From: a virus | Lineage: Duplodnaviria; Heunggongvirae; Uroviricota; Caudoviricetes | IMG/VR virus record: IMGVR_UViG_3300045256_000127 | DNA: 64,000 nucleotides | Reading direction: 5' to 3' (one strand) | Part shown: positions 45,487-54,366 of the stretch, in pieces | Layout: each line of letters starts with the position of its first letter | Position numbering within the stretch: the first letter of the stretch is position 1 | Position numbers and translations under genes: made by a program | Notes under the pieces: generated by a model | Databases searched by the model: none | Told to the model about the DNA's origin: nothing | What the model saw: the letters and a program-made list of their open reading frames with translations, nothing else

Positions 45487-46554
45487 ATGAACGAAAACGC
45501 TGAACTCAACCAGATGCTTTCGAAGGCTTGCAGCAGCGGGATGCCCGCTGTAAAGAGCAGCCGTCCTCCCCGTGGTCGTGACTACGACGACGATGACGAC
45601 GAGTTCGAGGATCAGGTTACTCAGTCGTACTCTCAGTGGACGACGAGCAACGGCCGGGTGTTCGTGCCCGCCTCCACCACCAAGAACAAACTGCCGCCGG
45701 GCGTCTACGAGATCGACAGCAGCCCGAACATCGGTTTGTACTTCGAGAAGATTCCGGTCAAGACCGAAGGTCTGCTCCGCTTCCCGGATACCAACTCCGA
45801 CAAGGTGGTGGACGAAATCCAGCGGTTCTGGACGCTCGAAGAGAAGTTCAAAGAGTACAGCCTTGCCTACAAGCGGGGCATCCTGCTCTGGGGTCCGCCG
45901 GGGTCGGGCAAGTCCTGCACCCTGCAACTCATCATGGCCGACGTTATCAAACGTGGCGGGCTGGTGGTGAAGTTCGACGACCCGTACCTCTTCATCGACG
46001 GCATGCGGGTGCTTCGCCGCATCCAGCCGGAAACGCCGGTCGTCGTGATGCTCGAAGACATCGATAGCATCATCAAGATGTACAACGAGTCCGAGGTTCT
46101 GAACATCCTCGACGGCGTTAACGAGACGAACCGGATGGTGTTCCTGGCGACCACCAACTACCCGGAGGAGCTTGGGCACCGCATCGTCAACCGGCCGAGC
46201 CGGTTCGACAAGCGGTTCAAGATCGGGTTCCCGTCCGCCGCAAGCCGGAAGATGTACTTCGAACACCTGATCGGCGGCAAGAAAAAGGTGAAGGAACTCG
46301 GAATTGACCTAAAGCAATGGGTCACGGACACCGATAAGTTCTCCATCGCCCACCTGAAGGAACTGTTCATCGCAGTACACATCCTCGGCGACAACTACGA
46401 GGAGGCGGTCAAGACCCTGCAATCCATGCGGGAGGACATCGACACTCGGGAGAGTGACGACATGATGTCCAACATCTTCACCGGCCGGAAGACTAACAAG
46501 GAAGAGGACGTTGCGTACTATGACGATGACGGTGACGACTCCTGCGGCGGGTAA
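45487..46554 (+). CDS. AAA+ ATPase (classical AAA family)
   Basis: Walker A GILLWGPPGSGKS, Walker B VVVMLEDIDS, and second region of homology TTNYPEELGHRIVNRPSRFDKRF. Confidence 0.8.
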   Translation: MNENAELNQMLSKACSSGMPAVKSSRPPRGRDYDDDDDEFEDQVTQSYSQWTTSNGRVFVPASTTKNKLPPGVYEIDSSPNIGLYFEKIPVKTEGLLRFPDTNSDKVVDEIQRFWTLEEKFKEYSLAYKRGILLWGPPGSGKSCTLQLIMADVIKRGGLVVKFDDPYLFIDGMRVLRRIQPETPVVVMLEDIDSIIKMYNESEVLNILDGVNETNRMVFLATTNYPEELGHRIVNRPSRFDKRFKIGFPSAASRKMYFEHLIGGKKKVKELGIDLKQWVTDTDKFSIAHLKELFIAVHILGDNYEEAVKTLQSMREDIDTRESDDMMSNIFTGRKTNKEEDVAYYDDDGDDSCGG

Positions 46555-46625
46555 GAATAACAACTAGGCGCATCACAATGAACGGGGTATAATCACCCCG
46601 TTCATTTCATTTGTAGGAGAACGTC

Positions 46626-49286
46626 ATGAAGGAACGTGACGAACTGGTAGCCCTGCTGGAAGCGGCTTTGGACGCAAAGGGCTTACGGAACGATCAGTAC
46701 ACAAATCGACTGGCTCTCGAACTGAAAGAACTCGACGTTCTTGAAGAACACGAATACTTTCTCAAGCTGCACAAAGAGGGGAAGAAGTACCCTGAGAACG
46801 AGAACAACCTTCTCGTCCCATATCTGCTCGACCTGTGCCCCGACTTCGACATCAACCGGGAACCCGCCTACAACCAGGGCGAGTTCCCCGACATCGACAT
46901 GGACTACCTGCCGCTCGTCCGTGACCACTTGAAGAACGAGTGGGCGGTGAAGGAGTACGGCCGGGATTACGTCTGCTCCATCGGCACCTACGGCACCCTG
47001 GGCATCAAGGCAGCCATGCTCGACATGGCCCGTGTCCACGGCGTCCCGAAGGACGAAGTGCAGATGGTTACGAAACAGGTCGAAGACAAGGACGACGAAG
47101 GCGAGCCGATGGAGTGGGACAAGGCTCTCGAACTCTACGCCGACTTCAAGGCGTTCTGCGAGCGGCACCCGGACGTGGCCGCAGCCGCCAAGATGATGCT
47201 GGACCGGAACAAATCGGGCGGCGTCCACGCCGGGGGACTCATCATCTCCTCCAAGCCGATCCAAGACTTCGTGCCGCTCGAAGTGCGGTCAGTGAAGAAG
47301 GAGAACAAGCACGGCGTCCTCGTCTCGGCGTGGTGCGAGGGGCAGGCCACCCAGGACTTGCAGCCGGTCGGGCTGGTGAAGTTCGACTTGCTGGTGGTGG
47401 ACGGGTTGATGCAGATCGCCCAGGCGTGCGAACTCATCCGCCAGCGGCACGGCATCGAGCGGATCAACGCCCTGCCGGGCGGGCGGAACTGGAGCGACAC
47501 GGCCTACCTCAACGACCCGAAGGCGTTGGCGATGGCGAACAAGGCCGACCTGAAGTGCGTGTTCCAGTTCGGGTCGGACGGCATCCGGGCGATGGTCAAG
47601 CGGGGCGGCGTGACGAGCTTCGACGACCTGATGGCGTACTCGGCCCTCTACCGCCCCGGCCCGCTGAACATGGGGATGGATAAGCACTACTGCGACCGGA
47701 AGAAGGGGATCGAGCAGTGGAGCATCCACCCGCTGCTCATGCCGATCCTGGGGCGGACTTACGGGGTTCTTGTTTACCAAGAGCAGTGTATGCAAGTCCT
47801 CCACACGGTAGGACTCATCCCGCTCATTCACTGCGAGAAGGTCCGCAAGGCCATCTCGAAGAAGAAGATCGCCCTGTTCGCCAAGTACAAGGACATGTTC
47901 ATTACGAACGGTCAGAAGGTACTCGGCGAGAGCGAGGAGTTCGTCCGTGACCTGTGGGACCAGATCGAGGCGTTCGCCGACTACGGCTTCAACGCCAGCC
48001 ACAGTTGTGCGTACACCTACATCTCCTCCCGGCAGTTGTGGCTCAAGGCCCACTACCCGCTGGAGTATTACACTGCGGTCCTGATGTGCGAAGACCAGTC
48101 GGACAAGATTAAGGAGATCAAGCAGGACGCCCGGAAGCACGGCATCGAAGTCAAGCCGGTGCATATCAACCACAGCCGGGAACTGTTCCGCATCGTGGAC
48201 AACGACATCTACTACGGGTTCAGTAACCTGAAGAAAGTCGGCGAGGCGGTGGCGAAGCGGATCGTGGCGGGGCAACCCTACGCCTCGTTCGAGGACTTCC
48301 TGCAACGGTTCGGGACCGACATGCAGGTGTTGAAGCCGCTCATCTCCCTCGGCGTGTTCGAGGAGAAGGTGGACCGGATCACGCTGTACAAGTTCTACGA
48401 CAAGTACAGCGATTGGCTCAAGAAGTGTAAGAGCCGGGACAAGCGGTTCGAGGAGAGCCAAGCCAAGTACGAAACCGAACTCCGGGAACTGCTGAAGCAG
48501 TACGGGGCGGACGAGAAGGAAGTCGAGGCGATGGCCCGGTTCGACGATGATGTCATCAGTGAATGGGAAGCCCGGTTCGGCAACATCAAGGTCGAACAGC
48601 AGTACAAGTACAAGGGCGAGATGCGGACCCGTGAAGTGTCCGTGGTCAAGTTCATGACCGACATCCACGGGCGGCGGAACAAGGGCGTGCGAGGCCAGGA
48701 GGAGAAGACCCGGCTCGACCAAGAGGAACCGCCGACCCTGGCGACCTTCAACGCTAAGACGTGGCCGCTGGAGCAGGCGATCATCGAACTGCTCTCCGAC
48801 GAGAAGGCAGCCGAACAGGAATACTACGGCTTCCAGTGGGTACACGACCTGGAAGAAAGCCCCGACTACGAAGGGTTCACCATCGACCGCTTCACCGAGG
48901 TTGTGGCGAACCGGAAGGAGCCGAGGGGTGCCATCGAGGTTAAGGTACTCCAGGTGACGAAGCGGGAGTTCAAGACCGGCACCATCGCCTACGACGTGAA
49001 GGTGGAAGACGCCAACGGCAAGGTGGTGATCGTCCGGTTCTGGAGCGACGACTACACCCGGTTCCAAGAGGAGATCACGCCCGGTGCGCTCCTACGGCTG
49101 CACGTCAAGCCGCCGGAAGGGTTCCCGAGCTATTCCTTCTGGGCACCGCCGAAGCACCTGCGGCACCGGCTTGTCCCGAAGGATAAGAGCCTGGACGACC
49201 GGCTGTACGTCCTGACGCCGGGGGCGAAGAAGGTTGTCGTGCAAGAGGAGAAACCGGAAGAGGGATTCGAACTGATGGAAGCCTGA
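46626..49286 (+). CDS. dnaE: DNA polymerase III alpha (DnaE) C-terminal fragment: catalytic palm, fingers and OB fold
   Basis: PDIDMDY...YGRDYVCSIGTYGTLGIKAAMLDMARVHG (E. coli PDFDVDF...[29 protein letters not shown]), HAGGLIIS (E. coli HAGGVVIA), and a C-terminal OB-like domain. Confidence 0.85.
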   Translation: MKERDELVALLEAALDAKGLRNDQYTNRLALELKELDVLEEHEYFLKLHKEGKKYPENENNLLVPYLLDLCPDFDINREPAYNQGEFPDIDMDYLPLVRDHLKNEWAVKEYGRDYVCSIGTYGTLGIKAAMLDMARVHGVPKDEVQMVTKQVEDKDDEGEPMEWDKALELYADFKAFCERHPDVAAAAKMMLDRNKSGGVHAGGLIISSKPIQDFVPLEVRSVKKENKHGVLVSAWCEGQATQDLQPVGLVKFDLLVVDGLMQIAQACELIRQRHGIERINALPGGRNWSDTAYLNDPKALAMANKADLKCVFQFGSDGIRAMVKRGGVTSFDDLMAYSALYRPGPLNMGMDKHYCDRKKGIEQWSIHPLLMPILGRTYGVLVYQEQCMQVLHTVGLIPLIHCEKVRKAISKKKIALFAKYKDMFITNGQKVLGESEEFVRDLWDQIEAFADYGFNASHSCAYTYISSRQLWLKAHYPLEYYTAVLMCEDQSDKIKEIKQDARKHGIEVKPVHINHSRELFRIVDNDIYYGFSNLKKVGEAVAKRIVAGQPYASFEDFLQRFGTDMQVLKPLISLGVFEEKVDRITLYKFYDKYSDWLKKCKSRDKRFEESQAKYETELRELLKQYGADEKEVEAMARFDDDVISEWEARFGNIKVEQQYKYKGEMRTREVSVVKFMTDIHGRRNKGVRGQEEKTRLDQEEPPTLATFNAKTWPLEQAIIELLSDEKAAEQEYYGFQWVHDLEESPDYEGFTIDRFTEVVANRKEPRGAIEVKVLQVTKREFKTGTIAYDVKVEDANGKVVIVRFWSDDYTRFQEEITPGALLRLHVKPPEGFPSYSFWAPPKHLRHRLVPKDKSLDDRLYVLTPGAKKVVVQEEKPEEGFELMEA

Positions 49287-49299
49287 CTCTAATACGGGT

Positions 49300-49731
49300 A
49301 TGTCAGAACCAGAAGTAGTTATCACACCGGAGAACTTCCACGAGTATTTCCATGATGTCCGCACGTCGAAGCCCAAAAAGGGACAGGTGATGGCGAAATT
49401 TACCGCCGTCGCCGAGTTCGTCGAGGGCCGGGGCAAGCGTGACATCATGGTCTTACTCAAGCAGGACAAGGCGTATCAGGCCGCTCAGGTCATGCGGAAG
49501 ATTCACGGGGCCAGAGTGCCTGACTGCTATCGGGTGTGCCGGGAGATCGCCCAGGACATGCTCGAAATGCCGGAAAAGGAAGTGGAGAAGAAGGTCTACG
49601 AGTTCCCCATCGAACTCTTCTTCTACACCGAGAAGCAACACGTCCCGAAGAACGACCCTCATTGGGAAACGATCAACCTCCTCCAGATCGACCCGGAGAC
49701 GGGCAACATCAAGTCCGTCATCGAAATCTAA
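49300..49731 (+). CDS. hypothetical protein
   Basis: 143-aa ORF. Confidence 0.45.
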   Translation: MSEPEVVITPENFHEYFHDVRTSKPKKGQVMAKFTAVAEFVEGRGKRDIMVLLKQDKAYQAAQVMRKIHGARVPDCYRVCREIAQDMLEMPEKEVEKKVYEFPIELFFYTEKQHVPKNDPHWETINLLQIDPETGNIKSVIEI

Positions 49732-49776
49732 AGAAACGGTCTATATATCTGGAGGATAATAACCAGTGAGCGTATC

Positions 49777-50289
49777 ATGACCGACGACATTGAAGATTTC
49801 TGCTCCCTCTGGGATCAGGCCCAAAAAAGCAACGCCGAATTCAAGTCCAAGAAGCCGGTGAAGGCTGTCGCACCGAAGCGGGAGATGCCGAACTTCAATG
49901 AAGACGAGTTCGAGCATGACGACCCGTACTTCAACTACATGGACAGCGAGGAAAGCCTTCTTCAAGAATCCGTTGACAAAAACGAGAAGAAGAAGGACGT
50001 GACCGGCAACCCGGTCCGTAAGTGGACGCTCGGCAAGGACTCCAACCCGAAGATTTGGGTTGACGAAGCCGCCCTGGCCGAAGTCGAGAAGCTGAAGCGT
50101 AAGCTGTACGAGATCGAGTGCAAGCTTGCGGCCGAAGGCGGCACCGACTGGCAGGAGAAGGCCGTCGAGCCGAGGGACAAGGCACTTTGGGGTCAAATCG
50201 AAAAACTCAAGGGCCAGATCGATAAACTGAGCGACACGCTAGGTTTAGACTATGAGCCATCACCTTCACTGTACGACGACGAGAAGTAA
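49777..50289 (+). CDS. hypothetical protein (acidic, coiled-coil C-terminus)
   Basis: GGAGGA RBS. Confidence 0.45.
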   Translation: MTDDIEDFCSLWDQAQKSNAEFKSKKPVKAVAPKREMPNFNEDEFEHDDPYFNYMDSEESLLQESVDKNEKKKDVTGNPVRKWTLGKDSNPKIWVDEAALAEVEKLKRKLYEIECKLAAEGGTDWQEKAVEPRDKALWGQIEKLKGQIDKLSDTLGLDYEPSPSLYDDEK

Positions 50290-50725
50290 CTGGAAAAAAC
50301 GGCTAAGCTACGGCCTTTATGCCGTGGCCTTAGCCTTTATCGCAGTTGCTCCACTGGCATATTTCCTGTATACTGATGACGAGACTGAAGCGGAGGCACC
50401 CCTTGTAACCATCGAGTTCACACAGCCGCAGCCGAAACCAATGGCACCGGGCGTTGTGTACGGTGTGTTGTCAATCAAGGTGGTGGACGGACATATCTTT
50501 AATGTCCTCCTCGACGACCAAGAGTGGCACGAAGTTCGGCTAACGGCTGTGACCAGGGAAGAGGCAACGGCCGACGTAATTGAAGTCTTGAAACAGACTC
50601 ACTCTCCCACCGTCACCCTTCGACGCCAAGTCGAAGGACATTGGGTGGTGGACTTCAATGTGGTGCTATCCGGTCGGCGGATTAGTCTGGTGGAGTGGCT
50701 GGCAGAGAGGAAGCTACTCCTTTAA
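50252..50725 (+). CDS. hypothetical membrane-anchored protein
   Basis: TM helix LYAVALAFIAVAPLAYFLY. Overlaps the upstream gene by 38 nt. Confidence 0.35.
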   Translation: MSHHLHCTTTRSNWKKRLSYGLYAVALAFIAVAPLAYFLYTDDETEAEAPLVTIEFTQPQPKPMAPGVVYGVLSIKVVDGHIFNVLLDDQEWHEVRLTAVTREEATADVIEVLKQTHSPTVTLRRQVEGHWVVDFNVVLSGRRISLVEWLAERKLLL

Positions 50726-50737
50726 CTGAGAGAAGAC

Positions 50738-51847
50738 ATGGCCGACGAAGGCAAGGACGAGAAACAACGGAAGTGTTCGTCCCGTGACATAAGTGAACTC
50801 TTCAAGAACGTACTGGAAGCCAAACTGAAGGACAAGCCGGAAGGCAAGGTGGCGGTGTTCACCCACGCCTTCCCCGACCCCGATGCCCTCGGGGCGATGA
50901 TGGGCGTCCAGTGGATCATCGGGAAGCTGTACCCGAACATCCAGGTAGACCTGTTCTACCAGGGTGAAATCAGCCACCCGCAGAACATCGCCGTCAACAC
51001 CCTGCTCGACCCGCAGTTGCGTAAGGTCGCAGAGTACAAGGCGGACGAGTACCTGCTGCGGATTCTCGTAGACACGATCCCCGTCAACGCCGGGACCGGC
51101 GATAACAAGGTCGATTTCGACCTGTGCATCGACCACCACAAAGACCTGCCCAACGGGTCGTTCAACGGCGTCGTCATCCACGTCAAGACCGGGGCGTGCT
51201 GTTCGATCATTTACAAGATCATGGCGAAGCTCTGCAAGGAGACGTGGTTCGAGGACAACAACGACCACGACAGCAAGACGGCCACCGCCATCATCTGCGG
51301 CATCGTGACCGATACCGAGTACATGATGTCGGACGACAGCACCGAACTAGAGTTCGACGCCTTCTCGGCGTTGTTCCCGTTCCGTCATTCGTCGTTCCTG
51401 AAGCAGATCGTCTTCTTTAAGAAGCCCCGCTTCTGGATCGACATCAAGGCGAAGGCGTGCGAGGGGGCCGAAATCGACGAAGAAGGTTACGCCATCGTCG
51501 GGCTGGGCCTGATCCCCGACAAGCAGCGTGACCTGCTCGCCGACATGGCCGACGAGATGATTACATGGGCGTCCGTCGAGACGGCGATTGCATTCGGTGT
51601 AATCGGCGGCGAACGCATCGAAGGGTCGGTCCGCTCGCTCAACCCGTCCATCCCGGTTTCCGATTTCTGCAAGAAACTCGGCGGGAAGCACGGCACCGGC
51701 GGCGGTAAACAGGGCAAGGGTGCCTACCGCTACAGCCTCGGGGGCATGTCGATTGACCCCGATGAGGACGACGACACCAAGAAACGCACCTGGGAACTCC
51801 TTCGTGAGAAGGAAGCCAAGCGTATCAAGCGGTTGATTTCGAAGTAG
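50738..51847 (+). CDS. DHH/DHHA1-family phosphoesterase (NrnA/RecJ-like)
   Basis: DHH motifs FTHAFPDPDALGAMMG and CIDHHKD. DHHA1 GGKHGTGGG (GGGH motif). Confidence 0.7.
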   Translation: MADEGKDEKQRKCSSRDISELFKNVLEAKLKDKPEGKVAVFTHAFPDPDALGAMMGVQWIIGKLYPNIQVDLFYQGEISHPQNIAVNTLLDPQLRKVAEYKADEYLLRILVDTIPVNAGTGDNKVDFDLCIDHHKDLPNGSFNGVVIHVKTGACCSIIYKIMAKLCKETWFEDNNDHDSKTATAIICGIVTDTEYMMSDDSTELEFDAFSALFPFRHSSFLKQIVFFKKPRFWIDIKAKACEGAEIDEEGYAIVGLGLIPDKQRDLLADMADEMITWASVETAIAFGVIGGERIEGSVRSLNPSIPVSDFCKKLGGKHGTGGGKQGKGAYRYSLGGMSIDPDEDDDTKKRTWELLREKEAKRIKRLISK

Positions 51848-51951
51848 TATCAGTTTTCCCCCGGCCGGTGGCTTTACAACCCACCGGCCTTCTAGTATCC
51901 TCACCAACAGTTATCGGTCCTGTCCCGCTTCTCTACTCCAGAAGGGTCCAA

Positions 51952-54042
51952 ATGAGCAAGGCACCGAATCAGGTCACGCTGTACAGCAACGGGATCGGGC
52001 ACTTCCGCCGCACCTACAAGGTGGGCAAGGAAGGCACCACGATCAAGATTCCCTTCCGCAAGGAGTACATCGGCGACGTTCTCGCCAGCCTCGCCGTGTT
52101 CGGCAAGGTCCGCCTCGTCTCCCCGCCCTCGTTCACCCCGGCCAACGCCAACGCCACCCAACTCCAGATCGACAGCAGCAACGCCCTCCGGGGGATGCTG
52201 AAGTCCCTGTCCGGGGCGGCGGTCAAGCTGAAGATGATGCGGGAGAACGTCCGCTCCGGCGTGCTGCTCGGCATCGAGACGGTGACGGTCGCCACCAGCA
52301 ACGGCAACGTGCCGCAGGACTACGTTGTCCTGGGTGAAGGGGCGAACGTGTCCCGTATCCTGCTCACCGACATGCAGGGCGTGGACTTCACTGAGGAGAG
52401 CGTCCAGGCCGAGATCAAGAAGGCTCTGGCGGCGAACTTCGCCAAGATCAAGCCGGAGTCCACGTTCCTCGAAGTGACCCTGCTCTCGAAGGACGAGTCC
52501 GAGACGGAAGCCGTTCTTCAGTACACCCAGCCGGTCGCCGCCTGGAAGATGACCTACGGCATCCGCCAGGACAAGGACCGCTTCTCCCTCGAAGGGGCGG
52601 CGGTCATCGACAACAACACCGACGAGGACTGGAACGACTTCACCGTCAGCGTCGTCACCGGCAACCCGATCAGCTTCAGCACCGACTTGGCGAACATCGT
52701 CGTGCCGAAGCGTAACCACGTCAGCATCGTGGACGCCCAAGCCCTCGGCAACGTCGCCCTGGCCGAGAGCCAACTGGAGTGCGCCTTCGCCGGTGCGGCG
52801 GCGGGCGGGGCTGCACCGAAGGGGCTGCGTGCCCGTGGCGTGACCCGTGGCATCGAACCGGCGATGGCCTACGCCTCCGTCAGCAACCGGGCGTCGTTCG
52901 GGATGGCCGAGCTTCAGGACGCTTCGGACTACGCCGAGGCTGACATGGAGCAGGCCGAAGTCGCCAGCGTGGAGGCGAAGGAAGTCGGCGACTTCTGCGT
53001 CTTCACCAGCGGCGAGACGATCAGCCTGGGCAGCAAGCGGTCGGCCGTCGTCCCGATGTTCAACGTCGGCCTCAGCACCGCCGGGGGCGTGTTGCTCTAC
53101 AAGGAGGCCAGCCACGCCCGCCGCCCGTTCCGGGCGGTGAAGTTCAAGAACGAGACGCCCTACTCGCTCGGCAAGGGCAAGACCGTCGTCTACCTGGACG
53201 GCGTGTTCCAGGGCGAGTGCGTGCTGGACGCCGCCAAGCCGGGCGACCAGCGGACCCTGCCGCACTGCCTGGAGAACGGCGTCCGCATCAGCCTGGAGCG
53301 GAAGCCCAGCGAGAGCCGGGTCGTGTCCGTCGGGTTCAAGAACGGCAGCGTGGTGACGCAGACCGTCAGCCGCCGGACCTACGTCTACGAGTGCGAGAAC
53401 AAGAAGGACGAAGCCTTCAAGGTGGTCATCGATCACATCAAGGGGCTGTCCGACCCGACGTACACCTTCAGCGGGATCGAACTCGCCGAGAAGGAGAAGA
53501 CGGCCACCGGCCAGAGGCTCTACTTCAACCTGCCCGCCAAGCCGAAGCCGGACAGCGACGAGCCGAAGGTTCACGCCCTGACGGTGGTGGAACAGCAGAT
53601 CGAGAGCCGGACGGATTACATCGTCGGCAACATGAACTACGTCATCCAGGTCAGCAAGGGGCACAGCGAGATCACCAACGACCCGCTGTACCAGGAGTGC
53701 CTGGAACTCCAGAAGCAGATCGGGAAGGCCCAGGAGAAGATCGAGAAGCTGGAGGGGCAGGTCCGCAAGCTGGAAACCCAGAGCGAGCGGACCCGCAAGA
53801 ACATGGCGGCGGCGAAGGAGGGTCCGGGCGGCTCGACCTACGACAAGTGGGTCAGCGATCTGGACAAGGCCGACACCGAAATCCGCACCACGCACGACGA
53901 CCTGATCCCGGCTGCCGAGAAGGAGCGGGACGCCCTGACCGAGAAGCTGAACGAGAAGATGACCGCCCTGTCGGCAAGCTGGACCGAGTGCTGCGGCGGC
54001 AAGCCCGACTGCGGGCACAAGACCCCGGCCCTGGTCGGCTAA
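51952..54042 (+). CDS. DUF4139/DUF4140-family protein (TIGR02231-like) with a C-terminal coiled coil
   Basis: N-terminal VTLYSNGIGHFRRTYKV...GKVRLVSPP pattern. A 700-aa protein with a heptad-rich C-terminal quarter. Confidence 0.5.
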   Translation: MSKAPNQVTLYSNGIGHFRRTYKVGKEGTTIKIPFRKEYIGDVLASLAVFGKVRLVSPPSFTPANANATQLQIDSSNALRGMLKSLSGAAVKLKMMRENVRSGVLLGIETVTVATSNGNVPQDYVVLGEGANVSRILLTDMQGVDFTEESVQAEIKKALAANFAKIKPESTFLEVTLLSKDESETEAVLQYTQPVAAWKMTYGIRQDKDRFSLEGAAVIDNNTDEDWNDFTVSVVTGNPISFSTDLANIVVPKRNHVSIVDAQALGNVALAESQLECAFAGAAAGGAAPKGLRARGVTRGIEPAMAYASVSNRASFGMAELQDASDYAEADMEQAEVASVEAKEVGDFCVFTSGETISLGSKRSAVVPMFNVGLSTAGGVLLYKEASHARRPFRAVKFKNETPYSLGKGKTVVYLDGVFQGECVLDAAKPGDQRTLPHCLENGVRISLERKPSESRVVSVGFKNGSVVTQTVSRRTYVYECENKKDEAFKVVIDHIKGLSDPTYTFSGIELAEKEKTATGQRLYFNLPAKPKPDSDEPKVHALTVVEQQIESRTDYIVGNMNYVIQVSKGHSEITNDPLYQECLELQKQIGKAQEKIEKLEGQVRKLETQSERTRKNMAAAKEGPGGSTYDKWVSDLDKADTEIRTTHDDLIPAAEKERDALTEKLNEKMTALSASWTECCGGKPDCGHKTPALVG

Positions 54043-54073
54043 AAGCAACGAGATCGGGAAACCGAGAACCCAG

Positions 54074-54108
54074 CCGGGTAAAACCGGCTGGGTTTTTTCT
54101 TGTTTGCT
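54074..54108 (+). terminator. rho-independent terminator
   Basis: aacccagccgg-gtaaaa-ccggctgggtt followed by ttttcttg. Confidence 0.7.
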
Positions 54109-54123
54109 AATAACTACTGTATT

Positions 54124-54366
54124 ATGACAGACATCAACAAGTTATTCCTCATCAAGTGTCCGAGATGTGCTTGGTCGAAGTTCACCAGCGGCCTGAAGCA
54201 AGACTTGACCGGCCTCTTCGAGATTAAGAAATGTGCCACCTGCGGCGGGCCACGCAAGTTCCGTTGTCAGAAGTGTGGGCAGATTGCTACAATGAAGAGG
54301 CTGTCAGGTAACAACAAGGTCGGTACGGATGCCTCTAGCACTGATTCAACCGAGACAACGAGCTAA
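54124..54366 (+). CDS. small zinc-ribbon protein
   Basis: CPRC...CATCGG...CQKCG. Confidence 0.4.
   Translation: MTDINKLFLIKCPRCAWSKFTSGLKQDLTGLFEIKKCATCGGPRKFRCQKCGQIATMKRLSGNNKVGTDASSTDSTETTS

Noticed and set aside
34400-46900. Split-intein (trans-splicing) explanation for the two dnaE halves.
   Set aside because: The N-fragment has only 16 residues after the last extein-like block and no Cys/Ser-initiated intein N-part. The C-fragment has no HN-[S/C/T] junction before PDIDMDY. The C-fragment N-terminus instead looks like a diverged duplicate of extein sequence.
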